Source: an uncultured delta proteobacterium
GTDB lineage: Bacteria; Desulfobacterota; WTBG01
Assembly (NCBI GenBank): GCA_963793865.1
Contig: CAWCBP010000002.1
Location: 64,001-128,000 of the forward strand
Length of the DNA stretch: 64,000 bases
Direction of reading: 5' to 3'
Part shown: in pieces, positions 1-10,600 of the stretch
How the letters are laid out: the number at the start of each line of letters is the position of its first letter
Numbering within the stretch: the stretch's first letter is position 1
Translations under genes and position numbers: made by a program
The notes under the pieces: model-generated
The model's input: the letters and a program-made list of their open reading frames with translations, nothing else
Databases searched by the model: none
Told to the model about the DNA's origin: nothing

Positions 1-3000
1 CACCAGCGTTCTTCTGCGTGACAGCGTTTCCACCACGGTGAAGGTCACCGGTATAAGGAAGATGGCGATGCCGCTGGCCGCGAGCATCCCCCCGATCACG
101 GTGATGCCCATGATCTGGCGCGTCAATGCGCCCGCCCCGCTGGCGATGGCAAGGGGGAGGCAGCCGAATATGAAGGCGAAGCTGGTCATCAATATGGGCC
201 GGAGGCGAAGCCGCGCTCCCGCAAGTGCCGCATCCACGAGGGACATGCCCTGCCGGTAGCGGTTCTTGGCGAACTCAACAATAAGGATGGAGTTCTTTGC
301 CGACAGCCCGATGAGCATGATCAACCCGATCTGGGCGTAGATATTATTTTCATGGCGTCCGATCCACAGCGCGGCAAAGGCGCCGAATACCGCAACCGGG
401 GTGCAGAGCAGCACGCTCAGGGGCAGCGACCAGCTCTCGTACTGCGCCGCCAGGATCAAAAAGGCAAAAAGAAGCGAGAGGCCGAACACCGCCGCCGCGG
501 GCACTCCCTGCTGCGCCTTGTATTCCTGAAAGGACATGCCGAAATAGTCAAACCCCATCTCCGGCGGCATGGTCCGGTCGAACACCTCCTCGAGCGCCTT
601 CATCACCTGGGCGGAGCTGTATCCCGCTGTCGCCGAAACATTGATTTGCGCGCAGCGGTAGAGATTGTAGCGCATGGTGAACTCGGGACCGATGGTATGC
701 CGCATGGTCACCAGGGATGAAAGCGGCACCGCGTCCCCCCGGTCGTTGCGCACGTAAAACTGCCCGGCGTTCTCAGCGCTCGACCGGTAGTCGCCTTCGG
801 CGGCGACGTAGACCTGCCACTGCCGGCCAAAGCGGTTAAAGTAGTTGACCATCATGCCGCCCATGAACGCCTGCAGCGTGTTATACACCTGGCGGACGCT
901 GATGCCCTGCCTGAATGCCTTGTCCCGGTCCACGTCGGCAAACACCTGCGGCACATCGGCCAGCAGCGTGGTGCTGATCATGCCGATTTCCGGCCGCTTG
1001 CGCGCGGCCTCCATGAACGTCCGGGTGTTGTCGGCAAGAAACCGGACGTCCCTTCCCGCCCGGTCTTCAAGCATGAAGGTGACGCCGCCCGCGGTCCCCA
1101 CGCCGGGAATGGCCGGCGGCGTAAAGGCAAAGGCGCGCGCCTGGGGGAGCTTTGCCAGTTCGCTGTTCACATGGGCCATAATGGCCTCCAGCTTTTCCTC
1201 GGGCCGCTCCCGCCTGCCCCAGTCCTCAAGGGAGACAAAGTAAAAGCCGGAATTGGTGAGGTTCACATAACTGAGCAGGCTGAAGCCCGCGGTGTTGGTG
1301 AAGTATTTTATGCCCGGCGTGCTTCTCAGGATTTCATCCACCTGGCGGCAGACGGTGTAGGTGCGCTGCAGTGAGGCGGCTTCAGGAAGGCTGACCAGCA
1401 CGTAGAAAAAGCCCTGGTCCTCTTCCGGCAGAAAACCGCCGGGCAGCCTCCGGTTGAGCAGCACCACCGAGCCGGCGATAAGGGCCAGGAAGAGAAAGCT
1501 CAAGCCGGCCTTGCGGATGAGCATCCGGCACACGGTGGTGTATCCGTCAACCGCCCTGCCGAAGAGGCGGTTAAAGCGGAGGAAGAACCAGCCCATCGGT
1601 CCGGTGGTTATTTCCTGGTGCGGCTTGAGCAGCATGGCCGAGAGCGCCGGGCTCAGGGTCAGGGCGTTAAACGCCGAGATGAGGACGGATATGGCGGTGG
1701 TCACGGCAAACTGCTGGTAGAGCCGGCCGGTGATGCCGGGGATGAAGACAGTGGGGATGAACACCGCGGCAAGGATGAGGGCGATGGCGATGACCGGGCT
1801 TGAGACTTCATCCATGGCCTTGATGGTCGCCTCCCGTGGGCGAAAGGCCTTCCTCGATGTGGTGCTGCACCGCCTCCACCACCACGATGGCGTCATCGAC
1901 GACCAGCCCGATGGCCAGCACCAGCCCGAAGAGGGACAGGGTGTTGATGGAGAACCCCAGCAGGGGAAAAAAGGCAAAGGTGCCGATGAGCGAGACCGGC
2001 ACGGCCAGCATGGGAATGAGCGTGGCGCGCCAGTTTTGCAGGAAGATAAACACCACCACCATCACCAGGATCAGGGCGATATACAGGGTCTTGATGATGT
2101 CATTGATCCCCTCGGTAATGGAGGTGGTGGTGTCAAGGCTGTTCACATAATCCAGGTCGGCGGGGAATTTCTTCCGCTCCTCGGCCATCAGCTCTTTCAC
2201 CAGCTTCGCCGCCTTGATGGCGTCGGAGCCCGGCAGCTGGTAGAGGGCGATGCCCGCGGCCGGCTTGCCGTTCATGCGGCACATGATGTTGTAGACCTGA
2301 GCGCCCAGCTCCGGCCGTGACACGTCCTTCATGCGCACGATGGAGCCGTCGGCGTTGGCGCGGATGACGATGTCGCCGAACTCCTCCTCGGTTATGAGAC
2401 GGCCCTGGGCGCGCACGGCATAGGTAAACTCCTGTCCCTCGGGGCGCGGGTTCGCCGCCGACCTGCCCCGCGGGATTGACCATGTTCTGCTGCTGGAGGG
2501 CGTCCAGGATTTCAGCAACGGTGATGTTCAGCTTTGCCAGGGTGTCGGGCTTGACCCACAGGCGCATGGCATACTGGCCGGCCCCGAATATCCGAATCTG
2601 GCTGATGCCGGGCACGCGCAGCAGCTTGTCGTTGAGATTGATGTAGGCATAGTTGGCGAGAAAGGTGGCGTCATGGGTGTTGTTGGGGGAATAGAGCGCG
2701 AACAGCAGCAGGGGTGCGGTGGGAGACTTTGGCCACGGTAAACCCGAAGCTCCTCACATCCTCGGGCAGCTGGGAGTCGGCCTGCGACAGCCGCATCTGG
2801 GCAAGAATCTGGTCGATGTTGGGGTCGGTATTGACATCAAAATTGACGCGCAGGGACATCCTGCCGTCATTGGAATTGATGGAATACATGTAGTTCATGT
2901 TGTCGACGCCGCTCATCTGCTGCTCAACCGGGGTGGCCACGGACTGCTCGACGGCCAGCGCGTCGGCGCCGACAAAGGTGGTCTGAAGCTGAATTTCAGG

Positions 3001-3120
3001 GGGGACGATCTTGGGAAACTTGGCCACCGGCAGCATGAGCATGGAGATGGCCCCCACCATCACCATGATGATGGAAATGACCATGGCCACAATCGGCCGG
3101 TTGATGAAGAAGCGGGCCAT
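1..3120 (-). CDS. RND efflux permease, AcrB/HAE1 family (3' end runs off the window; three apparent +1 frameshifts near 2729, 2441 and 1837)
   Basis: N-term MARFFINRPIVAMVISI; GLVLAIGLVVDDAIVVVE motif; C-term reads RQIMGITVIGGMLAASGIAIFLIP near position 1. Removing one base at each of three sites restores a continuous frame. Confidence 0.9.
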
Positions 3121-3125
3121 GGCAT

Positions 3126-4325
3126 TTACCTTCCCTGCGCGCGGCCGGCCGCGGCTGAAGACTGAACCGGCATCAGTACCGCATTATCCTTGGTTGGCGT
3201 GAAGGGCACGGGATGCACCTTCATGCCCTCCTTCACCTTCTGGACCCCCTCGGCAACCACCCGCTCACCCGCGGCCAGGCCTTCATCGATCACCCAGAGC
3301 CGGCCCCAGCGCTCTCCCGCCTTTACCGGCCGGATGCGCACGGTGTCATCGCCATCCACGACCGCGACCTGGTAGCCGCCCTGGAGTTCGGTCACCGCCC
3401 GCTGGGGAACAAGCAGGGCGTCCTTTTTCACCCTGAGCGCCGCTCGCACCCGCGCAAACTGGCCCGGCCTGAGCATGTTGCCCGGGTTGGGGAAATAAGT
3501 CGCCACCGTAATGGTTCCGGTCTTGACGCTGACCTGGCGGTCCGCAAAGGCAAATCTGCCCTTGTGGGGGTAGAGGCTTCCGTCAGCAAGCAAGAGATCG
3601 AGGGATATGTCCTGGTTGCGGCCGGTGAGCTGCTCCATGAACTGCAGGTATTCCTGCTCGCTCGCCGCGATGTAGACTTTAATGGGATCAACCGTTGAGA
3701 CGGTTGTCAGCTCGGCCCCCTGCTGGGTGCCGACGAGATCGCCGATCTGGGCCCTGGCGATGCCCGCGATCCCGTCGATGGGGGAGATGATTTTTGTGAA
3801 GCCAAGATCAACCCGGGCCTTTTCAACGGCCGCCCGGGCCGCCTGCACATCGGCCTGCGCCGACCCCTCCGCCGCAACGGCAGCGTCGAGTTCTTTCTTG
3901 CTTAAGGCGTTGACCCCGGCGAGGGGGGCAATACGGGCAAGATCGGCTTTCGCGTTTATCCAGCGCGCCTCATGCCGCGCCAGCACGCCCTCCGCCTCTT
4001 CCAGTATTGCCGCGAAGGGACGCGGGTCTATTTCAAACAGCACCGCACCCTTTTTAACAAACGCGCCCTCACGATAATTCTGCTTTACCAGGTAGCCGGT
4101 GACCTGCGCGCGAATGGTGGCATTCACCAGCCCGTCGGTCGTGGCCACCCACTCCGAGCAGACCGGCACATCTTCTGTAATGACCTCGGCTGTTTGGACA
4201 GAAGGTGCCGGGGGCGGGGCCTTTTCCTGGCGCGAGCACCCGGCACCCGGGGCAATCGCACAGATCAGGAGCAGGATCGCCGGCGCAATTTTTCGCATGC
4301 CGGAGGTTCCCGGTTCTATCATCAT
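3126..4325 (-). CDS. RND periplasmic adaptor (membrane fusion protein), probable lipoprotein
   Basis: IRAQVTGYL, FEIDPRPF, IISPIDG, LRPGQFARV and LLVPQRAV motifs; AGC lipobox-like sequence; directly upstream of the permease. Confidence 0.93.
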   Translation of the reverse strand: MMIEPGTSGMRKIAPAILLLICAIAPGAGCSRQEKAPPPAPSVQTAEVITEDVPVCSEWVATTDGLVNATIRAQVTGYLVKQNYREGAFVKKGAVLFEIDPRPFAAILEEAEGVLARHEARWINAKADLARIAPLAGVNALSKKELDAAVAAEGSAQADVQAARAAVEKARVDLGFTKIISPIDGIAGIARAQIGDLVGTQQGAELTTVSTVDPIKVYIAASEQEYLQFMEQLTGRNQDISLDLLLADGSLYPHKGRFAFADRQVSVKTGTITVATYFPNPGNMLRPGQFARVRAALRVKKDALLVPQRAVTELQGGYQVAVVDGDDTVRIRPVKAGERWGRLWVIDEGLAAGERVVAEGVQKVKEGMKVHPVPFTPTKDNAVLMPVQSSAAAGRAQGR

Positions 4326-4628
4326 TAACCATCCCTTCTTTGTTAGTGCACTTCAGGCATCAAGCACGTTTCATTGCCGTTCCGCTGCTGACAATAACGG
4401 CCGCGGCCTTCTGAGTAGCATACAGGTCCGGCACGCTCCCCGGCTCAGATTCAAAATAAAAAGCCTCCATCCGGGGTGAGGGAAAGCTTTTGGAAAGGCC
4501 GGCGAAGCGGATCTTTTTCTTTGCATATGGTTGCCCATCTGTGGGTAGAACATTACCCCGATTGCGGCAGGGATACTACTTCATATATCATTATCGCGGC
4601 TTTGTAAAAGCTTTATGCGATCGGCAGG

Positions 4629-7600
4629 TCAATGCTGCAAGGCTTTCCGGCATGATGCTGCGGGTATGCTCACCTCGACCGTGTGTTCCTGATGGTCGTC
4701 AACCAGGGTAATGGCCTTGTCGTGCTGCTCAACCCCGTCGACAGTCACCCTCATCCCGTCATTACCGTTATGCGTGACCAGGACGGCGATGTGGTAGACC
4801 GTTTCACAATACCGGTAGTGCACCGTGAACATTTCCCAGTCCTCAGGGAGGCATGGAGCAAAACGCAGTTTGTCCTTTACCAGCCTGAGCCCCAGGAGGG
4901 ACTCCACGATAAGCCGGTACATCCAGCCGGCCGAGCCCGTGTACCATGTCCATCCGCCGCGGCCGGCATGCGGCGGGAGCGCGTACACGTCGGCCGCGAC
5001 AACGTACGGTTCAACTTTGTAGGTCGCAATCCCCTCCGGAGATTTCGCATGGTTCACCGGGTTGATCATGGACAATAGTTCCCACGCGCGCCTGCTGTCG
5101 CCTGACGCAGCGAACGCCATTACCGACCAGATTGCCCCATGGGTGTATTGCCCGCCATTCTCCCTGACCCCGGGGACGTAGCCTTTTATATAGCCGGGAT
5201 TCAAATCCGATGTATCAAACGGCGGTTCCAGAAGCCGGATCAGCGCATGCTCCCGGCTCACCAGCCGCTTATCCACCGCTTCCATTGCCATGCGCGAACG
5301 CCCGGCATCCCCCGCCCCGGACAGAACGGACCAGCTTTGCGCAATCGAATCAATCCGGCATTCCGGATTACCTGCCGACCCGAGCGGAGAGCCGTCGTCG
5401 AAGTAGGCACGGCGGTACCAGTCACCGTCCCAGCCATGCTGCTCGATGTTCCCGCGCAGTTGAGCCGCCTCCCGGTGGCACCGTTCGGCGAACGGGACGT
5501 CTCCCCGCAATCGCGCAACCTCGGCAAAGCGCATGAGTACGTCATAAAGAAAAAACCCCAGCCAGACGCTTTCACCGGTGCCGTGTTCACCCACAAGGTT
5601 CATGCCGTCATTCCAGTCGCCGGAGCCAATGAGCGGAAGGCCGTGCGCACCGTACCTGAGACCTCTCAGAATGGCCCGCACACAGTGCTGGTACAGGCTG
5701 GCCCCTTCTTCAGACCTGCCGGGCAGATCGTAGTACGAGTCCTCCTCCTCATTTACCGGGCGTCCCTCAAGGAAGTGCAGCGTCTCATCCAGCACGCCCG
5801 CATCCCCCGTGCTCAGAACATAGCGGCATGCGGCCAACGGCAGCCAGAGGTAATCATCCGAGCAGTGCGTGCGCACACCCCGGCCCGAAGGGGGATGCCA
5901 CCAATGCTGCACATCTCCCTCCCGGAACTGGTGAGCCGCGCAGCGAAGCAGGTGCCCGCGCACAAGGTCCGGCTGGGCGTATACCAGCGCCATAACGTCC
6001 TGCAGCTGATCGCGAAAACCGAAGGCGCCTCCGGACTGGTAATATCCGCTTCTCGCCCACAGACGGCAGGCGATGGTCTGGTACAAAAGCCAGCCGTTGG
6101 CCAGCGCATTGATGGACTGGTCCGGTGTTTCCACCTGCACTGCGCCGAGGGTGTGGTTCCAGTACTGCCACACCGCTTCAAGCGTGCTGCGCGCCGCACC
6201 CGGGGAAAGGAAGCGCTGTACCAGGCTTCCGGCGTCCCCTGCGCCACGCCCCACGCCGAGCGTGAATACGACCTCGCGCTCCTGCCCGGGGGCGAGCTCG
6301 AATGCAACCTGGACGGCCGAGCAGGGATCCAGGGCAGCCCCTATCCTGCCCGAGAGTCGTGATCGAGTCATGGCGGCCGGATTCCGAAGCGAACCGTTGC
6401 GTCCAAGGAATTCGGTCCGGTTGCCGCTCACCGTCCGCGTTGCATCGTCCGCGTCGAAAAAGGCAACCCGGTCGGCGAACCCGGTATTGTATGAATTCCG
6501 CGCAAAGAGCGCCCCGCTCACCGGGTCAAATTCGGTGACCACGTGCATCGCCGACTTTGACCGCAGATCACCGAGCACCCATTCCACGTATCCCGTGGCC
6601 GAAAGCCGGCGTGGCCGACCGGAATTGTTCCGCAGCTTTAATACCGTGAACTTGATCGATGCATCCGGTGCAACATACGTCCACAGTTCAGAGCGGATGC
6701 CGTCCTCCGTGTGCTCGAAGACGCTGTAGCCAAACCCATGCCGGCTGACATAGGGCTGCAGGCTGCGGACAGGCAGCGGCGTGGGGGACCAGAAATGGCC
6801 GCTTTCTTCGTCGCGCAGATAAAAGGCCTCTCCGCTTGCATCGCTCACCGGGTCATTGTACCAGGGAGTGAGGCGGAACTCATGGGCATTCTCGGCCCAG
6901 GTATAGGCGCAGCCGCTCTCCGAGATGACCGTCCCGAAGTTCGGGTTTGACAGCACATTGGCCCACGGCGCCGGTGTTTCGTTCCCGGGTGCAGTGGTAA
7001 TGACGTACTCGCGGCCATCCGGCGTGAATCCGCCCAGTCCGTTGAAGAAAATCAGATCGCGGTCAGGTACCGTGTGGGCGGCCGGGGATTCAGCGCGATG
7101 GGAGCGGGTGGTGGTCAGGCGCGGGACGGTTGCTTCCACAGGCGCGCTGCGATTAACCTGGTCCACCAGAGACCCCCGGCTGTCGGTAATGATGGCCCGG
7201 GCGACTGACTGGAGCAGCATTCTATCCTCATTCGATATCTGATCACCGGGCCTCACAAAGATGCCGCCCGCTTTATCGGTGAAGTTGGCCTGGACACCTG
7301 CGGAAATAAGCCCCATGATCTGATCGTGCAGCATTTGCCGGTAGCCGGCGTGATCCTCGTTCCAGATCACCAAATCCACCGCCAGTCCTCTCAGACGCCA
7401 GTAGGCATGGGCCTGCACGAGCTGCCGTACCAGCGCCATATGAGCCGGGTCCGAGATCTGCAGCAGTACAATCGGCAAATCGCCGGAAATGGAGTAGCCC
7501 CAGAGACCTGATTGACCGCGGCGATTCCTGGTGATGAGGCCCGGGTCTGCGCGCATCGAGGAATGGGCATAGAGCACCGGGCCGGCCAGATGCCCGTAGA

Positions 7601-10600
7601 GTTGCGCGTCAGCTTCCGTGGCATTGATCTGCCGCAATGCCACCTGACTGTGTGTCCAGGCCAGATCGAAGACGCGATCCGCAAGGCGGCGATCCTGATA
7701 TTTCTCGACAAGGGTCATGGCCGCGTCACGGGTGGTGCCGATGCCGGAGACAATATTGACCGTTGCCGACCCGTTCGGATCGAGTTTAATACGGTGCCGG
7801 ATCGCAACAATCGGGTCCAGCACAGAGCCCTGGCTGCCCGAGAGCGCGGCGGGGTCACTCATTGCACGGGGATTGTCGAGCGCATTCCCGCGCCCGATGA
7901 ATTTCAGCCGGTCGGTCTCATAGGAACTGTCCACCGTATCCGTCCCGTGCACCGCCATAAGGTGAAACATCCATGGGGTCAGCTCATCGAGAGAGCGGGG
8001 CCGGCGCGTGCACAGGATCGCCCGCCGTTGGCGAATGATCTCGGTCTGGACAAAGAGATTGCTGAATGCCGGATGCAGTGCGTCCGCGGCGGGTGCTGCA
8101 AGCACCACTTCCGCGTAACTGGTCACGTCAATAGTCCGGGCTGCACGTGACCGGTTGGTGATGTGAATGCGACGCAGTTCGATGTCGTCCTCGGGTGAAA
8201 CGGCGATCTCGGTGTGCATGTCGAAGCCGTTTTTGCGGCAGCGGAACTCAGCGCGCGACTCCGAGAATATTACTTCATAGGTCTCCGACAGTTTGCGTGC
8301 CGGCTGATAGGTGGTTGACCAGAACTCACCGCTCACCGGGTCGCTGATGTAGCAGAAGGTGCCCCGGTTGTCGCAGGTGATGTCTTCGTGCCAGCGCGTG
8401 ACGGCCATGTCATTCCAGCGGCTGTAACCGCCGCCCGCATTGGTAATCATCACGTGGTATCTGCCGTTTGATAATAACTGTACTTCCGGTATCGGGGTGT
8501 GCGGACTGCTGAGGACACGCACCGGTGTCTCCGGGACACCCGAAGCCGCACGTAAGCCTGAAAGCTCGGCGGCGGTGTGAGCATATAATGCTGCGGCCTT
8601 TGGAATGCGCTCCTGCAGCAACAGCGCGGTTGCCTGAAACGAGGGGTCCGATTCGAAGCGTTTCTGCATCGGGCGGTCCAAAAGCAGGGAGGCCAGAGCG
8701 AGGAAGCTCATGCCCTGGTGATGCACCATGAATGACCGGACCACGGCACGTGATTGCCCGCGCGGAAGACGCGACGGCGTGTAGTCTATCGCTTCATAAA
8801 AGCCGTAGTTTCCCTCAAACCCGTCTCCGGCAAGCCGCTGCAGATTAAGACATGCCTCCTCGGGAGACACCATCAGCGCCAGCGCGGATGCATACGGCGC
8901 CACCACCAGATCCTCTGCCAGGCCGCGCCTGAGCCCCAGCCCGGGCACGCCAAACGCGCGGTACTGGTAGTTGAGCTGAGCGTCGATGGTGTTGTAGCCG
9001 GATTCCGAAATGCCCCAGGGCACGCCGCGCTTTTTTCCATAATCAATCTGCCGCTCCACCGCCTCCTTGCAGGTCTGGTCGAGCAGCGTGTTTTCATAGG
9101 ACGGCATCACCAGGAGCGGCATGAGGTACTCGAACATCGAACCGCTCCAGGAGAGGAGAATTTGCCCTCCGCCGGCACCGGTCAGCAGTCGCCCCAGGGC
9201 AAACCAGCTCTCCTGCGGGAGCCGCCCCTGGGCAACTCCCACGAAGCAGCACAATCGTGCCTCCGAAGCCAGCAGGTCATAGTAACCTGAATCCGGCCGC
9301 CGCTCGCCGACGTTGTAACCGATGGACAGAAGATGACGCGCCCGGTCGTACAGGAACTCGTACTCAATCCGGGCGAGTTCCCCTGCCTGCTGTGCAAGCT
9401 GTTCGATGGCCGCTATCCGTGATGCGGCGCGGCGGCTCCCGGTAACAATGAACTGCCGGAACTGGTCAAACCGCTCCCGCGCCGCCGGTGTCGTATCCGA
9501 ATCATGCCGGTTCTCAATCGCCGGCAGGAGTTCCTGCTCAAGCCCGGCCAGACCGCGCAGTGTGGGAATGGTGTCGAAGCCGTACGATTCGCTGAGCAGA
9601 TCTTGGGAAAGCGGCAGCACCGTCCACGGAGCGAGAAACCTCAGTTCATCGAGGGCGGCCTGGCACTGACGGGCAAGGGCATGTGCCCACCGGGCCGCTT
9701 GACTCTCCGGGCCGGCGTCGATCCTGGCGGAAACGTCGGCGGCTGATGCCGTCAGCCGGCCAAGGCAGAGCCGCATCGCCGTGAGCGTGACCGGCCGGGA
9801 TTCGCAGGCAGACTCCAGGTCCTTTTGCAGTTGAGCGAGTTGCGCCGATGCGGTCCCTCCCGCAGCGTCCAGAAGAATCATCAGCGTATCGCGCAACCCC
9901 TCAAACAGGCGTTCCCCCAGAATGGTGTGATCGGGAAGCGCACACAGACCGGGCCGCAAGGTCAGCAGATGACCGGCGAGGTTTCCGCTGTCCACTGTCG
10001 AAACATAGAGAGGCGGCAGCGGTTGCAAAGACAGCGTGTCGTACCAGTTGTAGAAATGGCCCCGATGCCGTTCCAACCCTTCCATCGTCCGGAGTGTGCC
10101 GGCCGTGCGCTCGATCAGTTCCCCTGCCACAATGTAGCCGAAGTCATAGGCAGACAGGTTCGACAGCAGCGCGAGACCCATGTTGGTCGGAGAGGTGCGA
10201 TGCCCGACAACGGGAGCGGGATGCTCCTGATAGTTATCAGGCGGCAGCCAATGGTCTTCCGGACCGACAAAGGTCTCAAAGAACGCCCACGTCTTTCGCG
10301 ACAGCTTCCGGAGAAAGATGATCTGATCAGGCGTAAGCTGTGCCCTGCGGCGCGTGAGAGACCGGCTGAACCACCAGGCCAAGGCGGGGGAGGCAAACCA
10401 GAGAATAAGTACGGGCCCTGCCATACCCAGTGCGGCCGGTTTTGAGAGGGCAAGATAGAATCCCGAGATTAAGGCCGTGACCGGGGCGACCCACATGGTC
10501 TGACAGAAGGCGGCAAGAATTGTGCGGCCGGTGCGGTCCGGGTCGCCTGAGGGACTCCACTCCAGCAGCCGTTTGTGCGTGACCGTCATTCGCCATGCCG

